DNA of 59,312 nt, filler included, from Catajapyx aquilonaris (Eukaryota), in the NCBI GenBank assembly GCA_000934665.2. It is 4 parts of 4 records of this genome, joined end to end, with 100 filler letters (N's around TTAATTAATTAA, not from the genome) between each part and the next. Parts side by side here need not be neighbours in the genome. Positions count along the whole stretch, not along the records: positions 29,723 to 44,462 come from JYFJ02007697.1; positions 44,563 to 59,312 come from JYFJ02007698.1; 2 more parts are not named here. The stretch is one strand, 5' to 3'. The notes under the pieces are model-generated. The model was not told the origin of the DNA. It saw nothing but the letters and a program-made list of their open reading frames with translations, and did not search any database. This document shows positions 32,535 through 45,548 of the stretch, in pieces (within the stretch, counting starts at the first letter, position 1; the number at the start of each line of letters is the position of its first letter). A program made the translations under genes and the position numbers.

Positions 32535-35290
32535 TTACCTGCGCTTTGACTCATGTTTCACCTTCCTTCTCTTGGGCTCAGGAGAACCTGAGCTCTCGGG
32601 AGAATCTCGATGCCACTGGTGGCAACCACACTCATAGCACACGTGAGTGGGTTGTGGTTCCACATTCCGGTTCAGAGGTGCTGATGAGGGTGTGTAAGTC
32701 ATGGGATACATATAGGCAGGCATCATGGGGTAAGGCTGTGGAATCCAGCTAAAAAGGAAACACATTTCCTGTCACTTCATACACTAATTAAAGCAAAAAT
32801 CCACAAAAATTGACAACTTTGTTATTCTATCAGGAGGTACTCCTAAAAGCATTCAATGAGTGGTTGTACTAGCATCAGGCACCATCTTACTTGTAATAAC
32901 TAACACATGACATCACCGGCTGGTGCATCCACTGCTGAGCTGCAAGTTCCGTGGATGCTGCACTGGGGGGCAATGTGGCAGTGTCAGTTTCAACTGATTC
33001 AGCGGCATGTCCATCACTGGTGCCTTCAGCAATGAAATCTGCTGCTTGTTCACCATCTTCAGGCCTGTAATAAACATCATAAACCCTGTTACAAATGAAG
33101 TGGGAGGTCCAGTGGCATTGTGGCAAGGTACTGTTCATGCGGCAACATTTCCCCCCCTTTCATCTTGTACAAAATTGGATCATCTCTGACTCAGTCATTC
33201 AGTCTCAGGTGGGACTCCTCAAAAGGAACCAAAAGGAGGCAGTCACAAAATGACCATACAAGACAATGCACTAGCACCTGCCCCTTACACAGGCACGCCA
33301 GTATAGCCACCAGCTGTGTTTTCTGAAATCTGCAAAACCTTGTTTTTACAGAACACACTGCAGATTGTGGATAACATTGTAATAACAATCTGGCGAGATA
33401 TGCCTCAATGAGTTCAGAGCTCCCAGCCCTAAATTCAGCTAATACACGTTTCGCTTACAAGAACCGAAAAATGCTGTTCCTGGTAGGTTCTGGTAGTTTA
33501 ACTACTCCAGGGTTATCTAAAACCTTTTTGAATACCACTGTGTCACATTACCAGGACCAACAACATACAATGCTATTTTCTGCGACAGTATTTTTAGGGT
33601 CTGCTTCAGAGAGATTTTGGAATTAATTCTACTTCGTGCCAGTACATTATGTGTGAAATAAGTATATTCTGAGCCTTTATAAGTAACTTTCATTTGCAAT
33701 TGCACAAATACCTACCATGTTTCTGAAAATGTCTCTTGATATTCCTACTGCTGCTAAGAAATTGACATGAGACAATGAAATACGAGGTGTGATCGAAAAG
33801 TTCCCGGACTGTGTTCATAAAAACATTAATATTTACTTTAAGTCCTAATTTCCACTGCCACCTTCAAAGTAGTCACCTTGGGCACGTATACAACAATTCC
33901 AGCAAATTTCTCATTTTTGGAAGCACCAAAAAAAAATTGGTCAACAGTAGTGTGTTCAACACCTGCTGCGATTTTGCTTAGACCTCCTTAGTGGAGTCAA
34001 AATGCCTCCTTTTCTACCCAAATTTCATTTTAGGGAAGAGGTAGAAATCACATGGTGCCAGGACAAACGAACAGTCAGGGTGGGGAACAGTGGTCATGTT
34101 ATTTTTTATCAGGAAGTCCCTGACTACGTGTGAGGTGTGTGCAGGCGACATTGTCATGGTGCAGCAAGCCAGCAACCAGTGTCTGTTCTTCCATATCCCC
34201 GGCCAATTGAGCCTAAATCGTCTCAAACCATCGCAGTAAGACTTGCCGTTGACAGTTTTATCAGGAGGGAGAAACTCCATATGCACAATTCCTAAAATGT
34301 CAAAGAAAATGATCAGCATTGAGTTGATTTTGCCGTGCACTTGGCGAGCCACCTTTGAAGCTGTTAAACCACTCATATGTTATTGCTTGTCTTACAACTT
34401 GTTCATCAAAAGCCTTGTTCAGCATTCGGTAGGTTGCATCCAAAGTTTTGTTGAGCTAGAAGCAAAATTTAATGCAAATCTTTTGCTCCCTAACGTCAGC
34501 CATTTCGAAAAATCGCAGAAGCACAACAACACGGTGTCAAGAAAACTGCTGAAACTCGGAAACATGTGCACCTATGAAGATGAGATTTTTCAGACTAATA
34601 GATGAAAGGTGCACCTAGCGCCCACAAACGTCACAAGTTCGTAGCTCCACTGGTTTGCACGGTATATCGACAGTCCGGGAACTTTTTGATCACACCTCGT
34701 AATGCCTTGAAATTAATCTTTTTCAACTTCTAAGAGTAAATTAAAGGCAAGAAGTCATTATTGTCAGCCAAGTCATCAGTGAACCTATAAACTACTGCCA
34801 CATTGGCTTACCAGGTGTTATTCCCAGATGTGCATGAGATTAGACCACTGTATGAGTTTAATGCAAAGCCTCTGTGAATAACACTTGGTAAGCTCTTGTT
34901 GTGAGTATGAATGCCTTACCCTTCATCTTCATCACTTTCATCATCATCTTCATCACTTTCATCATCATCTTCACCACTTTCATCATCTTCTTCACTTTCA
35001 TCATCATCTTCATCACTTTCATCATCTTCATAGCTGTTGTCGTCAGTGTCGTCATCATCTTCATCATCACCTGTTATCCCCGCCAGTTTCCGCATTGCCT
35101 CAACCTTTTTATACAGTGATCCTCGACCTGGTGGGGGTGGTGGTAGGGTGTCTGGCACATCTTCTGCAAAATGTGTATGGGAAACTACCGTTTTCACACA
35201 AATCTTCATCTTCTTGGAGTTGCCAAGGTGACTCTGGCTTGGAGTTCCCTGATGCTCATCAGGTTCTTCCTGCCTTCCTGTGTGATCCAT
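32535..35290 (-). CDS. Unrecognised multi-exon acidic/low-complexity protein with NLS-like motif
   Basis: Exons 35290-34920, 33085-32891 and 32748-32535 join through two consecutive phase-2 GT-AG introns without a stop. Contains (DESDEDD)n and PEPKRRKVK. Possible extra last exon 31588-31531 and upstream exon 39028-38831. Confidence 0.6.
33783..34699 (-). mobile_element. Internally deleted mariner element
   Basis: ~30-bp TIRs CGAGGTGTGATCGAAAAGTTCCCGGACTGT, TA TSD. Decayed transposase: FFDILGIVHMEFLPPDKTVNG...VPHPDCSFVLAPCDFYLFPKMK. Confidence 0.93.
34921..35070 (-). repeat. 21-bp coding tandem repeat (DESDEDD units)
   Basis: About 5 copies of tcatcttcatcactttcatca within a longer GAT/GAA tract. 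Confidence 0.9.
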
Positions 35291-36869
35291 CTAGGCCCTA
35301 CAATCATAACACATTTGGTGTAACTGCAGTAGCAATATTAGACCTCTTACAAAATATGTTCTTCTGTTGTGACTACTGCAGCACTTATGACGCTATAGGA
35401 CGCATTCCTCTTTTTACACATACAATCAGCATATCTGTGTCGACTATACACTAAGCACATAATTATAAGCAGGTAATCTATCACAGATAGTGACAAACTT
35501 TGGCTTATTGTTACTTATGTTACTTATAAGGCCTATTTTAAGACATATCCAGGAAGCAAATTTTACAAACGAACAAACTTCCTAATATCGTATATGTACC
35601 CCTATGGTTTTAACACTACGTTGCCATTTTTGGTCCAAATTTTACCATTCTTCTACTGGTGGATGTGTCGTACACTGAGTTACCCAGTGAAGGACATAAC
35701 TCATTTTCTTCAAAGTGTGGACAAACAATACTTCTACTGGTGGAGTGCAAACGCCTCTACGACGCGTGTTTGGGAAACTACAGGGTGAGAAATGTGCAAA
35801 TTTCAAGCATTTTTGCTCACTTGGATGACCATGACACCTAGAGAACCTTTATTTGCAAATTAAAGAAAAAACATGCTATGTGCCAGACGCGTCCCTTATT
35901 CACCCCAACCTTATCGGGACCTAAATTTCACGAATACTATCGCTTTGAAACTTTCATATAGCATATGTTAGGAAGGCCTGCTTCGAGGGTTCTAACTACT
36001 GTAGGTAGTAATAAACACCTATGTCAATGACCGAGAAAAAAAAAAAAAACACATTATGTTGAAAAGGCTCCAATTTTAATTTTTTTTGTAGAAATTATAT
36101 TGTAGAATTATTACTTTCTGTTTCAATGACAAAAGATTCTATGGCTGAATTATTAATAATTCATTGGACAACAGTTGATCCAGATATTTTAAATCTGCCA
36201 TTTCAACTAATAAGTTACTTAATTTTTAAGCAATTGCGATAGCTGTTCTCTTCAAAACAACTGGACAAAAGAAATAGGCGCTTTACAGGTCTAGCGACCC
36301 ATGAAACATTGGTATTTTGATAATAGACACTTGTGTCAAGCAGTTTTCAGGGGACATTGTTATAGCAACAACGGAATTGGCACTTGTGTTCCTGGAGCAA
36401 TAAGTAAAGAAAGGACTCCTATTTCTTATGCCATGTAATTTTTTTTAAGAAAACAACTATTCCATTACTGATCAGTCATAGTTACGTACATAATTATTTA
36501 AGTGGTAGTTTCAGAATTATTTATGTGTCCTTTTAATAATTGAGCCACATGACAAATATATTGGGTCATCCTGAGACAGGAAATATAAAATTCTGAGACT
36601 TCCACAAAAGCACACTAAAATGGGTGTATTGTTTATTTTGATAGCCCACACTGTACAACATTACACAATTTTCATAGGCTATTTGGTCCATTTAAAAAAG
36701 TCACTAGGGCATTGTGAATAGGTAGTTTCCTGGGCTGCTTAGAATTACAGAGTGACAGAATTACAGGGGGGAAGTGGGGTAGGCGCCGGTTAAAACTTCT
36801 TTCCCGGTGGGTCGTCGGGTTCTGTGGATCTCAGTCCCTCTCCAAGAACTGCCCTATTGATATCTGGCA

Positions 36870-37210
36870 TGACTTCCTACTTCCATCTTCAAAGATGTTA
36901 TAGGAGGGCTTCAACACAATGTTGACAGCTCTTCAGATGCCATGGTTCTGTTCCCAATCAGGATCACTGTCACTATTACCTAGTTTATCAAATCTACTAT
37001 AAATTTTGGCAGGCGTTCCATTTCCAATGTCCTGATAGGTGCCAACTCTTCCACTTCCTAGGTGTCTCAGCCTCATGCTGTTGAAGTTGGACAGCCAGTT
37101 CCTCCAATTCCTCCTTTGAAAGTGGCTAATCCATGGCTCTCCAGCAACTGGTCAACCTCTTCTGGGTTCATGTTTGTCCATCCCAACATCTTTAGCCACT
37201 TCCGAAACTG
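36870..37210 (-). mobile_element. Decayed Tigger/pogo-like transposase C-terminal remnant
   Basis: Fragments MLGWTNMNPEEVDQLLESH and DSDPDWEQ..RAVNIVLKPSYNIF resemble the Tigger C-terminal region; frameshifted. Confidence 0.5.
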
Positions 37211-37491
37211 ACTAACCCTACAGTGCTTCAGGCCACAATTTAGGTCAGGTGCCATTCATGGTAGACTGCAACACACTACTTTGTTGATTTCAAATTTCAT
37301 TAATTTATTCTCCAATTAAAAATTATTATAGGTAATTTTGTGAAATGGTGTATAACAAATCAGCGTAAATGGGGAGTACCTAGGTATGAGACAGGGAGTC
37401 ACTTCATATCTACCTGGTGTAACACCACAAAAGCACAGGAGATGCTGTATTTTGTACTGTATTTTGATGCTCCATTGTATAGAGTCACCCT

Positions 37492-37610
37492 GTCCACTAC
37501 TTGTTGTTTATCCTGGGCGTTGCCAGGTGATGTGTGTTTATATGGCGATATTCTGGAAGCCACACCATCCATCACCTGGCAATGCTCTGGATAAACAACA
37601 AGTCGCGGAC
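37492..37610. repeat. Inverted repeat / small MITE
   Basis: cttgttgtttatcctgggcgttgccaggtgatg ... catcacctggcaatgctctggataaacaacaag. Confidence 0.7.
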
Positions 37611-40600
37611 ACCACACAGATACAGTGCGACAATCTTTTTGTTTGTTCTCATACCTGTACAGTACTGCACAAGCAACTGTACACACTTCCAGATTTACCC
37701 CTCCCCCCCCCCCNCCGGTCCTCAGGCAGTTGAGATCTGGCCACACCCACCCACCATGTGCCTCCTAAAAATTCCATTTCTCTATGTTCACTCCTTTATT
37801 TTGTTTTGGTTTGATTTAAAAATTATATTCCAGCTTATGGCAGCCACTGGAGGGCAGCCGTCATTATTTCTTAATTTTTTTCAAATTTTACCCCATGATA
37901 GGACTCCATAGGCCCTTTGGGGGGGGGGGGTTGGCACACCACTATCAATTTTCTGATTTGTTAACTTCAATCTCCGGTGCAAGGAATAAAGGACATTAGG
38001 TAAGGATAGGGATTTTCGGGGAGGGGACAGGGGTGCAGGTGCAATGTCTCAAGTTTGGGCCATGTGCGGCCCCCAGGAGGTTAGCTTGCCAGACACCTCC
38101 AAGGTGCAGGTCAGAGACCCTCCCAACGCAGGTGGAAGGGAACTCCCAAGCGGGGGACCTACCACTCAGCAAGCCGAGACGTTACCATCTCGGCCACAAC
38201 ACCTCCCCACTGCAGCCGCCATTATTTAGGCAATTCCCTGCTCTTCCTATTGGTGAATCTGGCGCGGACTGTACTGTACACCTCCTTAATAATATGTTAA
38301 TGTTCAAGCCACCAAACCGAAACTGCGTATCAGGCAGGATCAGCATGCAAACTACACCAAATGCAAAGCCCATTGCGCTTCTCAAATTCAACTACCATTA
38401 TTCAAATAACACGAACCATGCATTTACACATCCTTGGCCAAAACTTTGTTATCACCTACAGTTGTGACTGCAGGTGCACTCTCACTGCATTCATCTTACT
38501 TTTTACCCTGCGTCAGCTTCATTTCTGAAGCATTTTAAAAATCTGTATATGGGGAAAACGTCACAACCACATGTATCAGACTATTCTACGAAAAAGAGTT
38601 TTCATGAAAATTTAAGTACATGAAGGATGTGAATGAAGAGTGGCCTGAAGAGTGCTTCAGTTTATACCTGCGTAATTTTTGTTCCTACTCACATGCTGGA
38701 ACCAGCTTGAGATAAGACTACTAGCCTACACAACCTCGATTTTGAAAATGTTGGCACATTAGCAAGCTTTGCTCAGATCCTCCACACTAGGAAGTGCACC
38801 ATCATGACATGACTCACCACCACCGCTTACCTTGAAGAAACCAGTTGTCGAGTTGGAGACAAAGCGACTGCAACCGGGAGCCCACCTACCAAGATCCCCA
38901 GATGGCAAGTATGGCAGGTCCGTCCACCCAACAACAGCCCCACTCTTGTTGAAACCCTGAGCCCCCTCCACCGCCACCCTCCGACTCCTCCGACTTGTGC
39001 CCGTCGTCACCACCAAGCTGCGGCACCTCTGGAGGAAAAAGGAGACAAAAAACAGACCCAGCGGTCCTGCGATAAGGACGAAGGTCAGTCTGTAGCCAGC
39101 TCTGCAGGTGGTGGACCGTGGGAGGAGTCTCACATGCAGGCGTCTGGGGGGCTAGGGCTAGTCTCCATGCTTTCCAGGGACCCTGCCGGAATTTATGCGC
39201 ACGTGGTGGGCACGTTGTGCCCATATATCTGCCTTCAAGCGACATGTTTTTCACACCCTTGTACACTACCACCCATTGCATTGTGGCCAGGTCGACCCCT
39301 TACGTCCCTATCCAAGTACCACCCATTGTCAATCCCCGGACGCCCCATATCCTTTCCATCTGGGGCTGATAATGAGCGCTCATTGAAGAGCCCGAACAAA
39401 TAGTGATGGATCCATGGGTTTTAGCACATGCATTTTTTTAAATCATGCACCAGTGACTTAAATGCGTTTGTCACCCTGGAATAAAACCCGTATGATGTCC
39501 TCATTTTGCTAGGTGACGCCTGAAATCCGACCCGGTCTGAAAGATGAGATCACTCGTGTGGCTTATCGTGGTGAGGTCCGGTGAGGTCATATCCAATCGC
39601 TTACACATGATGCTGGTGTCAAGTTTGTATACCTATGCTGGGACCTGGGAGTTGGCTTGAAGGGGTTACTTTTGTTGTCTGATGAATATTTGCTATGTGG
39701 AAGATGTTAGGTTGCAAATACCAAGCAAGCCCCTGTGTATACTCCGTTTATTACCTTCCAAGAGATTAACTTGTTAATTGACAGTGAAAATGTTAAGTAG
39801 GCTACACGCTGCATTCTCCTGACAGTTATTAAAGTGGTCCGGGATGGGGGGAAATTGAACACTGATAACACGCTTTATCGTGGACAAAAGTAGGGTCGTC
39901 ACATAATTTCTTACCTAAATTAACCTTAGCTAATTCCACCTACTTCATAATAATATTGTAAGGTGGTAAAAGCATCGTCAATGTTTGTTCAGGATGTTTG
40001 ATGACGCTGTCGGGCCTCTTTATAAACGCCAGTTTCCATATAGCCTAAAGTAATACGGTAACAAATGCAACGTGAGCCGTAAGCTATTTTTAAATCTTGG
40101 TGCCAATAAGGTCTGAGGCAGCACAGGCGATCTATTTTTAGAGAAAGATCGACACCTCATCGACACAATAAACCAAGACGTAAGGAAAGTAACATGATTA
40201 CATTTCGGAGTAACTACTTATTTTCGCCACTTTGAGTTATGAATGGCAGACTTCCAGGCACAGAAATTCGAGAGAGGTCAGTTTAATTATTTTACGTTGC
40301 ATCGTGACAAACCAATGCCGTAATTATTTTGCTTTGCATCGAAAAGTTGGGCAAAGATATGATCGAGTTGTAGAAGTTCCACTTCATTGATGATCTGACC
40401 CACGATCTGACCCGATCTGACCACAGATATATCTGACATGCAGGACAATGAGAGTCACATTTGACTGAATTCGCCATGTGAGCATTTGCAATTTGAATAT
40501 TGCATCATCATTATTATGTCGGACTAATGCAATGGAGCGTCCTATAATAATGAGTCATGAGTTGTCTGATGGGTAGATGTGGACATATACTGGACAATTA

Positions 40601-43073
40601 TGGCATGGTCTCCTCATCAGGGTCTCCTAAATTGCTAGACTTAATGTCGCTGAATTTTTCTGGTATTGTCATATTTAAAACAATGCGTCGCATTGCCTAC
40701 AAAGTCAAGGTCAGAAACATCTTTAGCAGGACACTGGCTTCAGCTAATTCCCAGCTAGCGGCAGGCTACAAGTAGGGCTACTGCACGTGGACTGACAATG
40801 AGATCCAAAGTTGGCTATTATGTTGTCGGGCTACTTCAGATACCAACATTAAAATAAATTTACTGAATAAATACACTGTATCCGTGCTAATTCCCAGATA
40901 ATAATAGGAAAACACTGATTATTATTATTATCCGAAAATGGGCCTAGATACCGGGAAAACGAGCTATTCACGGGTTTTTATTGCACGGTATTACTGTACA
41001 CAATAGGTGCTGCTTTAAATAAGGTTTAATCAACATAATAAAACTTAATTACCATAGATTTTTAGTTTGTCTTCTTAAAAAGTCTGTTAACTTATGGTAT
41101 AATTCTTGTTTGCTAGACATGTTGACATTTTTTGGGGACTTTTATTTCTAACTTAAGATTTTTTTTGTTTCAATTCAACCCGGATAATCAGGAGTGCAGT
41201 GAATATAACAAAAAGCCTTTTCAATGACGTACGTTTTTCAAAATAATTAGTGAAAGGATTTTGAGATGTCAATTTTTAAATTTTTGTGTAATTTATTATT
41301 CGGACACTGCACTGTACGTACTCTGCAGTACTATTGCAGGAGTGCTGATAGAAAAGTGGACATTCACAAGGGTCTACATGCCAAAAATGAGAAAATCCAC
41401 TTTAGCACGCTGCTCAATGTCCTACAGCCAATGTGTATAAAGCACTCCAATAGCCTGACCCAATGGTCTCCTGACCTGTCATCTGCAGTTGTCTACAGAT
41501 GGCAATGAATGTAGTACTTGTACAATGGGTGTATGTAGAGTACTTACTCGTACCTCCACCATGCAATCGATTGGGAGGTAAGAAAATGTGGTTTTCTCTA
41601 ATCTTGCACTTTGGCACTTACAGCTTTGTGTGTGAGTGTGTGTGTCCATTCTTCAATTGTAAATTTGAATGTAGAGTGTCAATGACAGTAATTCGGCATT
41701 GTCTTCAAATCATAACATTTCACGAAATTGACATGTAACATTACTACTATTATTTTAAACACGTAAAGTAAGTAGACACCACTGAGAACTAGGAGGAGAA
41801 GGAGTACGTACACAAGAGGTCTAGGCGGGTCCAGGAGGCCAGGACCACAGGAGATGGAGATGAGATTATACTCTGTATATGTTGGTATATGTGCTACTTA
41901 TGCCACAACTTGTCCTTGCAATACTAAACTTTATCTCACATATATAACTTTGGTCATTCTCTGAAATAATACGTATTATTAGCAGTGATAAGAATTCAGT
42001 CCTTTCGACATCTTCCTAATTTTTTGGGTTCAAGGTCACACTTTTCCCCCAAAAAAATCATGAATTAGTAATTTGAAAACACGATTTTTTGAGAACATGA
42101 TTTAAAAAAAACAAAACAAAACCACAAGAGTTCGCCCCGCACCCCCCACCCCCTGGCTACTTCACTGTCTGCTGGCATAAGAGCTCCAAGAGAGCTCCTC
42201 CTCCTTCCTCCCTGTGTCATTCTGCCCTAAAATACTGTATAACACACACTTGCATATCGATATGTTTGGCAGATTCACATGTGTAGTCTGATCGAGTCTG
42301 ATGTGTGAGTAGCCGTAATTCTAGTGGTAGATCGGAAAAGCGCACCATAGATACTGATCCAGTCATCCCTACACATAAGGATGGGGCAGGTAAGTTACAC
42401 GTTATACTCGGAAACTATATTCGTTTATAAATTGTAGGGATAAGGTGGACATCACGGTCCTCTTTATAATTGTTTAAGGCAGGTATTGCAGGAATTTTTC
42501 ACATTTTACAAGAATACGTAGATGTAATATTGTTGCCCTCAATCAATGTGGCCACATGATTTCAGATGCAAACAATGTAAGGTAGTGATTAGCCTTTTAA
42601 AATCTCTTCACATCCTAATTACAATTAACTGCAATGTTCAATATGCAAATATATTTAAGTTCCGAACCACTATTCACCATTGTAAAGCCTGTGGTAATAA
42701 AATCTTTCCATATGAAATTTTTTTAAAAAGGAAGTGTCCTCAATATTCATGCTGTGATTTGCACATATAAATGTGAAAGATGAAAATCTGAAGCAGTGAA
42801 GATGAGTTTCCTGCTTCAGTAGGTCCATCCACGGTAGTAAATAGAAATACTGATTGGTATTTAAATGGCTTTAAAATGTATTAGGCTACTCTAATTTTCT
42901 GGCAATGAATTGCTACTTCATTCATAGCTTAGGATTATTGTGATAATAGAGTAAGATTGTAGTAGGGGGTCATATGTAAACAGTACATAACTAATTGAAA
43001 AAAAAAACACTAATATAATTTCATTTCTTTTATTCAGAATAATCAATTCCTGAACCTGTACAACACATAGCTA

Positions 43074-43749
<676 letters not shown>

Positions 43750-44462
43750 GATACTCGCAGTCCCAGTCCTGGTAAGACAAGACTGGCATTGAATGATTTT
43801 ATGCTCCACATTTAGGTCTATTACAATCCAGATTATGCTCATTACATGCAGCATAGGAATCATTGGCAGCCTTGATTTATTCTTTTTTGCTGGGAGCCAT
43901 TACTTACACATTGTAAATTGGAAAGAAGCTATCTCTCAGCTATGTCACGTGTGTACTTTTAAAAAACCTGTTCCTCTCAAGTAACTGCTGCCCACCCTGA
44001 CAGGCCTATATCATTTCATGCTATTACTGTAAAGATGTATTTTTAAAAACACTTTATTGATATGACTACAGTACTTCAATACAAGAGTAAGGGCAAATAC
44101 TACAAGTCTAACAAAATAATGTCATAACTAGAAATTTAATGGTGTCTGAATAAAGTACACTCTTTGAAATTCTTTGGTCAAATTCGACCACTTTCGGTTG
44201 GTAAATCTTAGGTAAAAGTTGGGCCATGCTTAGTCAAACTTACCCTGCTGTGACTAAGATGCTAGATCCAATGTGATATTTTTAATATCACTGGATAACT
44301 CAAACCAACCCACGGACATTACCCCTATCTTCTGGGCTTATCACCTGCCGAGGAGTTTTGCAGCGGGTGCTCACCTGAGACCGCCACGAGACATTTCCCA
44401 GAGCATTTATGTGGCGACCCTATCGGACTAAGGCTGAACTTTATAGGTACGAAAGGGGAGGG

Positions 44463-44562
44463 NNNNNNNNNNNNNNNNNNNNNNNNNNNNNNNNNNNNNN
44501 NNNNNNTTAATTAATTAANNNNNNNNNNNNNNNNNNNNNNNNNNNNNNNNNNNNNNNNNNNN
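44463..44562. other. Assembly gap with linker
   Basis: N-run containing TTAATTAATTAA. Confidence 0.95.
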
Positions 44563-44753
44563 GCTACACCGGCAGGGTACTGAACACACTGCAAGTAGTG
44601 TGTTCAGTACCCTGCCAGTGTAGCCTTTTTCAGTGCAACCCGCAAGGCTAAAAACCCGTTCAACCACTGCCCTCTTACCTTGACTCTTGCCAGCCCGCCG
44701 GACTCGATTCAAAACAGACAGGACGTGACGTCACGCCGTAGACCGTAATAAAT

Positions 44754-45006
44754 ATATAATAATAATAATAATAATAATAATTTGTACCCCGTGCTAGAGC
44801 CATGGGCTCTCTTAGGGGGGTGGGATACCACCATATTTTTTTATCCGGAACTCTCACTTTTGTTTTTACTTCTCTTATATGGGGACGGGATAGGGACGGA
44901 AGGAAGCGGCTGTGGCCTATAATTACGGACACGACCCTGGAATTTTCCTGGTGAGACCGTGGAAAACCACAGAAAACCACGGTCAGGGTCGGCGGCCACC
45001 GGGATT
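44754..45006 (-). mobile_element. 5'-truncated SINE with (TTA)n tail and 15-bp TSD
   Basis: TSD tagaccgtaataaat at 44739-44753 and 45007-45021. Body similar to the SINE at 57477-57750. It appears nested in a CAGGGTG-ended element ending near 45136. Confidence 0.85.
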
Positions 45007-45548
45007 TAGACCGTAATAAATGAATTGATTACTGCCGTATTTCTAATTGTTTTAAAAAACCGACCGGGGTTGTCGCCTCGTACGATTTTTCCCCACCCCC
45101 TCGCGCTCGCTTGACCCGTGACTCTGATACACCCTGTATAATAGGCTTCAAGGGAAGGTGCACGGTGCAAAAAAAAAATGAAGAAAAAAAAAAACCCTGC
45201 CCAAAACAACTTTTTAGCCTTTCCATTCAGCTCTTCAAATTAACACCATACTGAGAGAATTAATTTCTGATGTAACTCAAAGTGCCACCACAGCCACTTA
45301 AATCATCCCCAGCCATGGACTTTTAGCCGGAGTTTGACAATTACAGCTAAATAATAAGTCAGCAGCTTTTTCTTCGTTGACTTCCCCAAAAGAAAAACAC
45401 AGCAGTCTAGCAAGTGTTAAATCCTGAATAATGTTGTTCTCCAGGCATAGGGTCTTCTAATAAGGTTTCACTAGTTTCAAAGCAAAAGAAAAACTGCACC
45501 CTATTCTCACACAACAATATTTGACCAAAATCTGTCAAAATATCTTAC

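Noticed and set aside
34858..35454. His-rich, Met/Lys-rich and Ile/Phe-rich ORFs
   Set aside because: Alternative frames of the acidic 21-bp repeat. Only the D/E frame has phase-consistent splice sites.
40388..40440. TGATGA/CTGA motifs suggesting a C/D snoRNA
   Set aside because: Better explained as a short GATCTGACC repeat; too short and no terminal stem.
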